Shown: positions 14,674-23,666 of the stretch, in pieces
How positions within the stretch are numbered: the stretch's first letter is position 1
Layout: each line of letters starts with the position of its first letter
Assembly (NCBI GenBank): GCA_045597305.1
Contig: JAZLJF010000009.1
Location: 21,891-53,890, forward strand
Length of the DNA stretch: 32,000 nt
From: Candidatus Nanosyncoccus sp.
GTDB taxonomy: Bacteria; Patescibacteriota; Saccharimonadia; Saccharimonadales; Saccharimonadaceae
Direction of reading: 5' to 3'
Program-made: the position numbers and the translations under genes
Notes under the pieces: model-generated
What the model was told of the DNA's origin: nothing
Databases searched by the model: none
What the model saw: the letters and a program-made list of their open reading frames with translations, nothing else

Positions 14674-17600
14674 ATGCCTTGGGATGATAATTTTATCGCT
14701 GCAACCGACTTTGACTCCATTCGTTTAAGTGTTGCTTCGCAAGAAGACATCTTAAACTGGAGTAATGGTGAAGTTACAAAGCCAGAAACAATTAACTACC
14801 GTACTCAGAAACCTGAGCGTGATGGTTTATTCTGCGAAAGAATCTTTGGTCCAGTCAAAGATATTAATCCACATGATAGCAAGTTGAAAGGTGTCCGTTC
14901 TCGTGAGGCAGCTGTAGATAAGGAAGGTAACCTTGTTACGAAGTCAATTTCTCGACGTGAACGTATGGGGCATATTGCTCTAGCTGCACCTGTTGCACAT
15001 ATTTGGTTCATGCGTGGTACACCTTCTGCTGTATCTTTACTTCTTAACCTTACCGTGAAGAACATCGAGAAAGTTGTATACTTCGCATCTTACTTAATTG
15101 TTGACGCAAAAGATGAAGCTATCTCTGAAGAGATGAATAGCCTTGAGGCACAAACTGATGCTGCACGACAGGCAATTCGTATCCGTTACGAAGAGGCTGC
15201 AAAAGCAGAGGGCGCAGATCTAAAGAAGCTTGCAGATGAGCAAGCAAAGGAGACAGAGGATCTAGAAGCTGATTACAATACTAGAAAAGATATCCTTACT
15301 TCTCTTAAGAAGGGCGCCGTCATGTCTGAGGTTGATTATCGAAACCTCGAAGATGATTATGAAGAATACGCAAACTTGATTGACGTAATGATGGGCGCAG
15401 AGGCAATCAAGAAGATGCTTGATGAAATTGATCTTGACACAATGATCTCTGGACTTCGTGAAGAAGCTGATAAGGCAAAGGGTCAAAAAGAGAAGAAGAT
15501 TATGAAGCGTCTTAAACTAATCGAAGGTATGTATTCCGCTGGAATCAAACCTTCCGACCTAGTTCTCTCTGTTATTCCTGTTATTCCTCCAGATCTACGT
15601 CCAATGATTAGCCTTCCTGGCGGCCGTTTCGCTACGTCTGACTTGAATGATTTGTATCGTCGAGTGATCAACAGAAATAACCGTCTAAAGAAATTGATTG
15701 AGCTCAATGCGCCAGAAGTCATTTGCCGTAATGAAAAGCGTATGTTACAAGAGGCGGTTGATGCTTTGATTGATAATGCTGCATCTCATGGCAATAGAAC
15801 TGCAAATTCTCAGAATGGACGTCGAAAACTCAAATCACTTTCAGACCTTCTAAAAGGTAAACAAGGTCGCTTCCGCCAGAATCTTCTCGGCAAGCGTGTT
15901 GATTACTCAGGTCGTTCAGTGATTGTTGTAGGCCCAGAACTAAAGCTTAATGAATGTGGCTTGCCAAAACAAATGGCGCTTGAACTATTTAAGCCTTTTG
16001 TAATTTCATGGCTTATGGCGAATGAACATGCTGCGAATATCCGTGCGGCTACTCGTATGATTGAAGCAGGTGAAAATGTCGTTTGGGACGCACTTGATGA
16101 AGTAATCAAAGGGAAGTATGTACTTCTTAACCGTGCTCCATCGCTCCACCGTCTTTCTATCCAGGCTTTCCAACCAAAATTGATCGATGGTAAAGCAATT
16201 CAGCTTCACCCACTCGTAGCTACCGGCTTCAACGCTGACTACGATGGTGACCAAATGGCCGTACATCTTCCATTGTCAGATGATGCACAAGCAGAGGCTC
16301 GAGAATTGATGTCAGCTACAAAGAACCTTTTGAAGCCTGCTGATGGCGCTCCAGTGTTATCGATTTATCAGGATGTTGTTTTAGGTATTTATTATCTTAC
16401 ATATGATAAGCCAGGTACGGCTACTGATAACGTCAAACCATTTAGCTCAATTTATGAAGCGGAAATGGCTTACGATCAGGGATTAATCCATCTTCAGACA
16501 CCTATTCGTGTATTTGCCAAGAAAGAAATTCGCAATACTACTCTAGGACGAGTGATTTTCAATGAGATCCTACCTGAGGATTATCCATTTGATAATTCTG
16601 TCCAGACTAGTAAACAGCTCAAGAAAGTCATGGCAAATATCTTCGATATGTACGGTGCTGATACAACGGTTAGAATTGCAGACAAACTAAAAAATCTTGC
16701 ATTTGAGTACGAGACAATTGCTTCTGTTTCGACCGCAAAAGATGACTATCCTACATATCCAGAGATTCAAGATTTCATCGCGCAAGGTGATGCAAAGACT
16801 GCTTTGATTCAAGATCAGTTCGACCAAGGACTTTTGACTGAGGAGGAGCGATATAATCTTACTGTTGCAAACTGGCGAGAAATTGACGATAAAATCTCAG
16901 GTTTCCTTAAAGATAAGCTTGCAGACATGGATACGGATATTGCTGTCATGGTCAACTCTGGTGCTCGTGGTAGTGTTTCAAACATCAAGCTTGCATCTGC
17001 CGAAATTGGTATCATGGTCGATATTAATAACAACGAGATTGAGCTTCCTGTTAAATCCAGCTATAAAGAAGGTCTTAATACTCTCGAATCCTTTATCGCG
17101 ACTCGAGGCGCGCGTCAAGGTCAGGTTTCTACTGCTCTTCGTACGGCTGACTCTGGTTATTTAACACGTCGTCTTGTAGATGTTGCTCAGGATGTATTTA
17201 CGGTTGAAGAAGAAGTTGAAGATCCTGGATTCGATGTCCGAAAAGCTGAAGTCCACGATGCTGGTGTACAATTCTCGGCTTGGATTTCTGGTCGTTATAC
17301 AGCTGCTCCTATTCCAGGTTATCTTGAGAAAGATGAACTCATTACACCTGAAATTGCTGCTCAGCTCGAAGATGATGATAAGGTCGAGTCTGTAAAGATT
17401 CAATCTATTCTTACGACAACAGCTGTGAATGGTATTCCACAAAAGGCGTACGGTATTGATATGTCAACACGAAATATCGTTGCAGCGCATCAGCCAGTGG
17501 GTGTTATTGCCGCCCAGTCACTTGGTGAGCCAGGTACTCAGCTTACACTTGATACAAAACACGGTTCTGGTGTGGCTGGTTCTGGTGCAATTGCTCGAGG

Positions 17601-18513
17601 TCTTCCACGTGTTGAAGAGCTCCTCGAAGCACGTTCACCAAAAGGCCAAGCTTGGGTATCCCCGATTGATGGTGTAATTGATATTACAGAGGTGGATAAT
17701 CATTATATTGTCACCGTTACACCTGATTCTGGCGAAACGGAACGTATTGAACTTGATGGCCGAAAAGCAAAGGTTAAAGATGGTGCAAATGTCAAGGCTG
17801 GTGACGTCATCGCCGCTAAGCGTTTAGGTAAAGAACCGATTATTGCAGCATTCGATGGCAATGTCCAACTTGTCGATGATGCAATTATCCTTGTGGCTAA
17901 TGCAGGATCACCTGTAAAGATCGAAATTCCTGGCGATGCTGAGCTCGTAGTAAAGAAGAAAGACAATGTTGCAAAGGGTGATAGAATCACTACAGGTTCT
18001 CTAAATCTTCAGGATCTTTTGAAGAATAAGGGTAAAGAAGAGACAGAACGCTATATCATGAATGACGTTCTTGCAGTTTATGCTGCACAGGGACACGAGA
18101 TTTCTGCAAAACACCTTGAAATTATTGTCCGCCAGATGTTCTCAAGAGTAATGATTGATGAATCTGGTGATTCAAACTTCGTTGTAGGTGATATTGTATC
18201 TCAGGCTGCAGTCGAAAATGAAAACAAAGAGTTAATCGCAGAAGGAAAAGAGCCAGCTCAATATACACAGCTTCTTCTTGGTATTACAAAGGTGTCGATT
18301 TGGTCAGACTCATTCTTGTCTGCGGCATCATTCCAGGATACAACACGTGTACTTATCAACTCTGCTACATCAGGTAGAATTGATCATCTTCGTGGTCTAA
18401 AGGAGAATGTGATTATTGGTCGTAAAATTCCTGTCGGAACAGGAGCAATGCCTCTAATAGCATCTGATTCAGACGAAGAAACACCTTCCGATGAGGAATT
18501 TGATGAAGCCTAG
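14674..18513 (+). CDS. rpoC: DNA-directed RNA polymerase subunit beta'
   Basis: MPWDDNFIAATDFDSIRLSVASQEDILNWSNGEVTKPETINYRT, NADYDGDQMAVHLPLS, GEPGTQLTLDTKHGSG. ATG at 14674 preceded by GAGGAG (ORF-track start 14599 is too early). Confidence 0.98.
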   Translation: MPWDDNFIAATDFDSIRLSVASQEDILNWSNGEVTKPETINYRTQKPERDGLFCERIFGPVKDINPHDSKLKGVRSREAAVDKEGNLVTKSISRRERMGHIALAAPVAHIWFMRGTPSAVSLLLNLTVKNIEKVVYFASYLIVDAKDEAISEEMNSLEAQTDAARQAIRIRYEEAAKAEGADLKKLADEQAKETEDLEADYNTRKDILTSLKKGAVMSEVDYRNLEDDYEEYANLIDVMMGAEAIKKMLDEIDLDTMISGLREEADKAKGQKEKKIMKRLKLIEGMYSAGIKPSDLVLSVIPVIPPDLRPMISLPGGRFATSDLNDLYRRVINRNNRLKKLIELNAPEVICRNEKRMLQEAVDALIDNAASHGNRTANSQNGRRKLKSLSDLLKGKQGRFRQNLLGKRVDYSGRSVIVVGPELKLNECGLPKQMALELFKPFVISWLMANEHAANIRAATRMIEAGENVVWDALDEVIKGKYVLLNRAPSLHRLSIQAFQPKLIDGKAIQLHPLVATGFNADYDGDQMAVHLPLSDDAQAEARELMSATKNLLKPADGAPVLSIYQDVVLGIYYLTYDKPGTATDNVKPFSSIYEAEMAYDQGLIHLQTPIRVFAKKEIRNTTLGRVIFNEILPEDYPFDNSVQTSKQLKKVMANIFDMYGADTTVRIADKLKNLAFEYETIASVSTAKDDYPTYPEIQDFIAQGDAKTALIQDQFDQGLLTEEERYNLTVANWREIDDKISGFLKDKLADMDTDIAVMVNSGARGSVSNIKLASAEIGIMVDINNNEIELPVKSSYKEGLNTLESFIATRGARQGQVSTALRTADSGYLTRRLVDVAQDVFTVEEEVEDPGFDVRKAEVHDAGVQFSAWISGRYTAAPIPGYLEKDELITPEIAAQLEDDDKVESVKIQSILTTTAVNGIPQKAYGIDMSTRNIVAAHQPVGVIAAQSLGEPGTQLTLDTKHGSGVAGSGAIARGLPRVEELLEARSPKGQAWVSPIDGVIDITEVDNHYIVTVTPDSGETERIELDGRKAKVKDGANVKAGDVIAAKRLGKEPIIAAFDGNVQLVDDAIILVANAGSPVKIEIPGDAELVVKKKDNVAKGDRITTGSLNLQDLLKNKGKEETERYIMNDVLAVYAAQGHEISAKHLEIIVRQMFSRVMIDESGDSNFVVGDIVSQAAVENENKELIAEGKEPAQYTQLLLGITKVSIWSDSFLSAASFQDTTRVLINSATSGRIDHLRGLKENVIIGRKIPVGTGAMPLIASDSDEETPSDEEFDEA

Positions 18514-18539
18514 TCGTTAAATCCAAACAAGCATGATAA

Positions 18540-18572
18540 AATGGCCCACTTTACCAGTGGGTCATTTTTTTG
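18540..18572 (+). terminator. intrinsic terminator after rpoC
   Basis: AATGGCCCACT-ttacc-AGTGGGTCATT-TTTTT. Confidence 0.9.
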
Positions 18573-18590
18573 TATTTATGATAGAAAATC

Positions 18591-18619
18591 TTGCGCAAAT
18601 TTTTCTTTTATGATAAAAT
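18591..18619 (+). promoter_or_regulatory. probable promoter of the rplC ribosomal-protein operon (TTGCGC-N17-TAAAAT)
   Basis: TTGCGC 18591-18596, 17-nt spacer, TAAAAT 18614-18619. Confidence 0.5.
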
Positions 18620-18639
18620 AATATCGTATATTCTAATAA

Positions 18640-18745
18640 TTAGAGCATACATTGCTAGACGCAAGAGTAAGTCGGAGGTTGCCAGATACCGAAGAAACTG
18701 CTCAAAAGTCTAGTTTCTGTGTTGCTCACAAAGGAAAGGAAAAAG
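18640..18745 (+). promoter_or_regulatory. structured leader upstream of rplC with competing stems
   Basis: CTAGAC(18655-18660)/GTCTAG(18708-18713) and AGAAACT(18693-18699)/AGTTTCT(18712-18718) overlap by 2 nt. Confidence 0.45.
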
Positions 18746-19363
18746 ATGCAAGTCATCATCGGCACCAAAATTGGTATGACCCAGATCATCGGTGAGGATG
18801 GGATTGTGACTCCAGTCACTATCATCCAGGCCGGCCCAGCTACTGTGACTCAGATAAAAACCGCAGAAAAAGACGGTTACAATGCAGTACAGCTCGGTTA
18901 TGGTCAGGGTAAGAATCTGAGCAAGTCGGTTTCCGGCCATGCAAAAAAGGCTGGAGAAAATTTCTCTCCAAAAGTTCTTAAGGAGTTTAGGACTGAGGGA
19001 GAGCCAGAAGTAAAGGTCGGAGAGAACCTTACTGTGGACGTATTTAATCTCGGTGATAAAGTCACTGTAACAGGTACTTCCAAAGGTAAAGGCTACGCAG
19101 GTACAGTGAAACGCTGGAACTTTAATGAATCACGAAATACTCATGGTTTTAAGGGCAATATTCGTAGAGTTGGTTCTATCGGTTCCATGTATCCTCAAAA
19201 AGTATTCAAGGGCAAGAAAATGCCAGGTCGAATGGGCCACGATCAAGTGACTGTAAAGAATCTTATCGTCGCTTACGTTGATAAAGAGAACAACATAATT
19301 GGTCTCAAAGGCGCTGTCCCTGGTCCTAAAAAAGGCACCATAACAATAGAGGGAAAGGAGTAA
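18746..19363 (+). CDS. rplC: 50S ribosomal protein uL3
   Basis: MQVIIGTKIGMTQIIGEDGIVTPVTIIQAGPATVTQIKT...; ATG at 18746 after AAAGGAAAGG. Confidence 0.97.
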   Translation: MQVIIGTKIGMTQIIGEDGIVTPVTIIQAGPATVTQIKTAEKDGYNAVQLGYGQGKNLSKSVSGHAKKAGENFSPKVLKEFRTEGEPEVKVGENLTVDVFNLGDKVTVTGTSKGKGYAGTVKRWNFNESRNTHGFKGNIRRVGSIGSMYPQKVFKGKKMPGRMGHDQVTVKNLIVAYVDKENNIIGLKGAVPGPKKGTITIEGKE

Positions 19364-19364
19364 T

Positions 19365-19970
19365 ATGGCTAATACGTTGAATAAAGACATTTTCGGTCTC
19401 TCTGTCGAGAATCATGAATTGATTAAATTAGCTTATGATGCTTATCTTGCAAACTCTCGTTCTTCTCACGCAAAGACTTTGAAACGTGGCGAAGTAAGAG
19501 GTGGCGGTAAAAAGCCATGGAAGCAAAAAGGTACTGGACGTGCTCGATTTGGTAGTACACGCAACCCTATTTGGCGTCATGGTGGCGTAGCATTTGGCCG
19601 CACAGGTGAAGAGAATTTCACGAAGAAAATCTCACGCGAAAGCAAGAAGGTTGCAATTCGTCAGGCTCTTTCAATCAAGAATAAAGAAAAAGCAATAATT
19701 CTTGCTGAAAATGAGTTGAAACAGACTGGAAAGACGAAAGACGCAGTTAATTATATTAAAGAGCTCGGTCTCGAAGGCAAAAACATTTTGGCAGTAACAC
19801 ATGAAAAAACGCCAGAACTTATGAAAATGACAAGCAACCTTTCTAATCTTAAATTGGTCAGAGCTACATATCTCAATGTATTTGACATTATGAATGCAGA
19901 TGCTATCGTATTTAGCACTGATGCAGTAAAAGATCTTGAAACATGGTTGATCGGAAAGGAGAATGCATAA
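19365..19970 (+). CDS. rplD: 50S ribosomal protein uL4
   Basis: GEVRGGGKKPWKQKGTGRARFGSTRNPIWRHGGVAFG. Confidence 0.97.
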   Translation: MANTLNKDIFGLSVENHELIKLAYDAYLANSRSSHAKTLKRGEVRGGGKKPWKQKGTGRARFGSTRNPIWRHGGVAFGRTGEENFTKKISRESKKVAIRQALSIKNKEKAIILAENELKQTGKTKDAVNYIKELGLEGKNILAVTHEKTPELMKMTSNLSNLKLVRATYLNVFDIMNADAIVFSTDAVKDLETWLIGKENA

Positions 19971-20377
19971 TGGAAATTTTCCCAAGAGCAACCGAAAAAA
20001 CCTATCGCGAGCAGGCAAAGAGAACATATGTTTTCTTAGTACCTGAAGGTACATCTAAACAATCTGTAGTAAAACTCGTAGCAGAACAGTATAAAGTAAC
20101 AGTAACGGATGTCCGTATCTTGACTCGTAAGGGTAAAGCAACAAAATATAGCAAGGGTAAACATGCTTATCCCGGTACTACTTTCCGCCGTGATAAGAGA
20201 TTAGCTTATGTTACCTTAAAAGAAGGTGATTCAATCAAAGTATTTGAAGACCCTGAAGAAGATAAGAAAGAAAACAAGAAAGCTGATAAAAAGGCTGACA
20301 AAAAAGAAGTAAAGGAAACTGAAGCCAAAAAATCCGCAAAGGCCGATAAAAAATCGGAAAAGAAAGGAGATAAATAA
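19970..20377 (+). CDS. rplW: 50S ribosomal protein uL23 with Lys/Asp/Glu-rich tail
   Basis: MEIFPRATEKTYREQAKRTYVFLVPEGTSKQSVVKLVAEQYKVTVTDVRIL; ATG overlaps rplD stop (TAATG). Confidence 0.93.
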   Translation: MEIFPRATEKTYREQAKRTYVFLVPEGTSKQSVVKLVAEQYKVTVTDVRILTRKGKATKYSKGKHAYPGTTFRRDKRLAYVTLKEGDSIKVFEDPEEDKKENKKADKKADKKEVKETEAKKSAKADKKSEKKGDK

Positions 20378-21213
20378 TGGCTATTAAAGCTTATCGTCCA
20401 ATGACTCCTGCTCAACGTCAGAAGACTACTCAGGATTTTGATAAGATTACTACACGTAAACCACTCAAATCTTTGACAAAGGCAAAGAAACAGCAGGCTG
20501 GTAAAAATAACCAGGGACGTATCACAGTTCGTCACCGTGGTGGCGGTGTAAAACGTCATTATCGTATTCTTACACATAATCTACCAAAGAACCTCACTCT
20601 TACAGTGATGGAAATTGAATACGATCCAAATCGTTCAGCACGTATTGCACGTGTAAAAGATCAGAATGATAATTATTATTATGTTATCGCTGATCAGAAT
20701 ATGGAAAAAGGTAGCAAGTTCTCCACTGGAGATGAAGTTGCAGTCGAAAATTCCAATAGACTTCCACTTGAGAATATCCCAGTCGGTACATTTGTCTATG
20801 CAATTGAATTGACTCCAGGCCGTGGTGCACAGATGGTTCGTGCGGCTGGAAGCTCAGCGCAATTAATGGCAAAGGAAGATGGTTACGCTACATTGAAAAT
20901 GCCATCTGGTGAATTTCGTAAAGTATTAAGTACATGCCAAGCATCGGTTGGTGCTGTTGGAAACGAACAACACCAAAATATCAAAATTGGTGCTGCAGGC
21001 CGAACGCGTCGTAAAGGTATTCGTCCTACGGTTCGTGGTGTTGTGATGAACGCTACAGATCACCCTCACGGTGGTGGTGACGGTGGACGTCATGGTTCTG
21101 GTAAAGCACCTCGTACACCATGGGGTCAGCTCACACTTGGCTACCGTACTCGTCATAATAAGAAAACTAATAAAATGATCGTGCGTAGTCGACACGAAGG
21201 AAAGAGGAAATAG
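20377..21213 (+). CDS. rplB: 50S ribosomal protein uL2
   Basis: GRITVRHRGGGVKRHYR, VMNATDHPHGGGDGGRHGSGKAPRTPWG. Confidence 0.98.
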   Translation: MAIKAYRPMTPAQRQKTTQDFDKITTRKPLKSLTKAKKQQAGKNNQGRITVRHRGGGVKRHYRILTHNLPKNLTLTVMEIEYDPNRSARIARVKDQNDNYYYVIADQNMEKGSKFSTGDEVAVENSNRLPLENIPVGTFVYAIELTPGRGAQMVRAAGSSAQLMAKEDGYATLKMPSGEFRKVLSTCQASVGAVGNEQHQNIKIGAAGRTRRKGIRPTVRGVVMNATDHPHGGGDGGRHGSGKAPRTPWGQLTLGYRTRHNKKTNKMIVRSRHEGKRK

Positions 21214-21216
21214 GCT

Positions 21217-21510
21217 ATGAGTAGAAGTCTAAAGAAAGGTCCTTTTGTAGATTTTAAGCTTCAGAAAAAAATTGAAGCTCTATCTTCAGATGATCGTACC
21301 GTTATCAAAACATGGGCCCGTCAATCTACCATTTCCCCAGAGATGGTCGGTCGCACAATTGCCGTTCACAACGGTAAGGTCCACGTACCTGTATTCATTA
21401 GCGAAAATATGGTTGGTCACAAACTTGGTGAGTTTGCTCCAACCCGCAAATTCCGCCGTCACGGTGGTAAGAAAGCTGCAGAAGCTGCAGCTGCGAAAGG
21501 AGGCGCATAA
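21217..21510 (+). CDS. rpsS: 30S ribosomal protein uS19
   Basis: [61 protein letters not shown]. Confidence 0.98.
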   Translation: MSRSLKKGPFVDFKLQKKIEALSSDDRTVIKTWARQSTISPEMVGRTIAVHNGKVHVPVFISENMVGHKLGEFAPTRKFRRHGGKKAAEAAAAKGGA

Positions 21511-21890
21511 TGTCGACTCATTTTGCAAAAGCATATATTAAAGGTATTGACAGTATGCCAAGAAAAGCAAGTATTGTTGCTAGCCTAGTCCGTGATCGCT
21601 ATGTCGCTGACGCATTGGTTATTCTTGATAATACTCCTCGTCGTGCTGCACGCGCTGTCAAGAAAGCAATCGAGAGTGCAAATGCAAATCTTTTGAATAG
21701 TGGTATTTCCATTGATCCAAAAACAATTCGCATTTCTCGCATTTCTGTCACAGCTGGTACACGCATGCGCCGTTATGTTCCAGCATCAAGAGGACGCGCA
21801 TTACCTTTCGAGAAAATTTCTTCAAACATCTTTGTCGAAGTTGCTGGAGAAGAAAAAGTAAAAGCTGCTTCTAAGAAGGAGGAAAAGTAA
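21510..21890 (+). CDS. rplV: 50S ribosomal protein uL22
   Basis: MPRKASIVASLVRDRYVADALVILDNTPRRAARAVKKAIESANANL. Confidence 0.94.
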   Translation: MSTHFAKAYIKGIDSMPRKASIVASLVRDRYVADALVILDNTPRRAARAVKKAIESANANLLNSGISIDPKTIRISRISVTAGTRMRRYVPASRGRALPFEKISSNIFVEVAGEEKVKAASKKEEK

Positions 21891-22516
21891 TGGGACAGAA
21901 AGTTAACCCAGGATCATTCCGTCTTCAAATCAGCAAAGATTGGTCTTCAAAATGGTTTACTAAGAAGGCAAATTTCAAAGAATGGCTGGTTGAAGATTCA
22001 AAGATTCGCGAAACAATTGAAAATCGTTTCAAGGCACGTCCAACGATTGCAAAAATTAATATCGAGCGCAGCTCTAATCTTATTACTATTACTATTCACA
22101 CTGCAAAAGCAGGTGCTGTAATCGGAAAACAGGGTGCAGGTATTAATGAGCTAAAGAAAGATCTTGAAAAGTTCACATCTCAGCCTGTACGTCTTAACGT
22201 CGAAGAGATAAAGAAGCCAGAGCTCAATGCTAAGTTGGTCGCTGAGAACATTGGTTTCCAGCTTGGAAAGCGTATGAATTTCCGACGCGCAGTCAAAATG
22301 GCTTGTCAATCTACCATGACTGCTGGTGCTAAGGGTGTCCGCATCGAAGTTGCTGGACGTCTAAATGGTGCTGAAATGTCACGTCGTGAAAAGTTTATTG
22401 AGGGATCTGTTCCTCTACATACGCTTCGTGCAGATATCGACTTTTATTGTCATCATGCACCTACTACAGCTGGTATCGTCGGTGTAAAAGTATGGATTTA
22501 TAAGGGGGAGAAGTAA
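21890..22516 (+). CDS. rpsC: 30S ribosomal protein uS3
   Basis: MGQKVNPGSFRLQISKDWSSKWF, AGAVIGKQGAGINELKKDLEK (KH), GRLNGAEMSRREKFIEGSVPLHTLRADIDF. Confidence 0.98.
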   Translation: MGQKVNPGSFRLQISKDWSSKWFTKKANFKEWLVEDSKIRETIENRFKARPTIAKINIERSSNLITITIHTAKAGAVIGKQGAGINELKKDLEKFTSQPVRLNVEEIKKPELNAKLVAENIGFQLGKRMNFRRAVKMACQSTMTAGAKGVRIEVAGRLNGAEMSRREKFIEGSVPLHTLRADIDFYCHHAPTTAGIVGVKVWIYKGEK

Positions 22517-22518
22517 TC

Positions 22519-22938
22519 ATGGCTATCTTATTACCTAGAAAAACTGCTCACCGAAAGGTTCGTATCGGAAAAAACGAAGGCAACGCAACCCGTTGTAATT
22601 CTGTTGACTTCGGTGATTATGGCTTGATGTCGTTAGACAATGAACGTGTTAATTCAAAGCAGATTGAGGCAGCACGTCAAGCAATTACACGCTACATTAA
22701 GCGTGGTGGTAAAATTTGGATTCGAATTTTCCCACATACACCTGTCACTAAAAAGCCTCTCGATGTTAAAATGGGTGGTGGTAAAGGTGAACCACAGTTC
22801 TTTGTAGCAAAAGTAAAAGCTGGAACTGTCATGTTTGAGATTGGTGATGTTACAGATGAACAGGCAAAGGAAGCTCTTCGCCTAGCATCTCACAAATTAC
22901 CTGTCCGATGTAAGATTATTAAGAAAGAGGAGTTTTAA
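22519..22938 (+). CDS. rplP: 50S ribosomal protein uL16
   Basis: VDFGDYGLMSLDNERVNSKQIEAARQAITRYIKRGGKIWIRIFPHTPVTKKP. Confidence 0.97.
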   Translation: MAILLPRKTAHRKVRIGKNEGNATRCNSVDFGDYGLMSLDNERVNSKQIEAARQAITRYIKRGGKIWIRIFPHTPVTKKPLDVKMGGGKGEPQFFVAKVKAGTVMFEIGDVTDEQAKEALRLASHKLPVRCKIIKKEEF

Positions 22939-22940
22939 TT

Positions 22941-23294
22941 ATGGCTAAAACACTTATTGGCCTGGTTTCGTCCGATAAACGTGACAAAACTATCACAGTG
23001 TCTATTGCCAATCGTGAAACTCATCCTCTCTATCGTAAGCAATTTACAAATACGCGTAAATATACTGCACATGATGAGAAAAATGAGGCTCACGTTGGTG
23101 ATAAAGTCGAAATCGTTGCCTGCCGTCCTTTCTCAAAGACCGTCTGCTATAACCTAGTAAAAGTTCTTGAGAAATCTCACGACACAATCACTTTGAAAGA
23201 AGATGTTAATGAAGTTGAAATGCCCGAAAAGGTTGGCGCAGATGAATCAGCCGACAAAATGGAAACTTCTTCAACTGAGGAAACAAAGGAGTAA
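22941..23294 (+). CDS. rpsQ: 30S ribosomal protein uS17 with acidic C-terminal tail
   Basis: [63 protein letters not shown]. Confidence 0.94.
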   Translation: MAKTLIGLVSSDKRDKTITVSIANRETHPLYRKQFTNTRKYTAHDEKNEAHVGDKVEIVACRPFSKTVCYNLVKVLEKSHDTITLKEDVNEVEMPEKVGADESADKMETSSTEETKE

Positions 23295-23296
23295 AT

Positions 23297-23665
23297 ATGA
23301 TCCAACAGGAAACTAGATTAAAAGTTGCTGATAACAGCGGCGCCAAAGAACTTGGTGTAATCCGTGTCCTTGGTGGAACTCGTGCAAGGTATGCGAGAGT
23401 TGGGGACATTGTTACTGCAAGTATTAAGGATGCTTCACCTACAGGTAGCGTGAAGAAAAAAGCAGTCGTCCGTGCAGTTATTGTACGCACGCGTGATCAA
23501 ATTCGTCGTCCAGATGGTTCAACAATTCGATTCGACGATAATGCTGCAGTCCTAATCAATGATGATAAGACACCACGTGGAACACGTGTATTCGGACCTG
23601 TCCCTCGTGAACTTCGTGATAAAGGCTACAGCAAAATTATCAGCTTAGCTCCGGAGGTACTATAA
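23297..23665 (+). CDS. rplN: 50S ribosomal protein uL14
   Basis: [60 protein letters not shown]. Confidence 0.98.
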   Translation: MIQQETRLKVADNSGAKELGVIRVLGGTRARYARVGDIVTASIKDASPTGSVKKKAVVRAVIVRTRDQIRRPDGSTIRFDDNAAVLINDDKTPRGTRVFGPVPRELRDKGYSKIISLAPEVL

Positions 23666-23666
23666 T

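Noticed and set aside
19671-20054. 127-aa minus-strand ORF opposite rplD/rplW, and the many other minus-strand ORFs over rpoB, rpoC and ribosomal genes
   Set aside because: These are shadows of strongly conserved plus-strand genes; no SD or promoter, no recognisable motifs.
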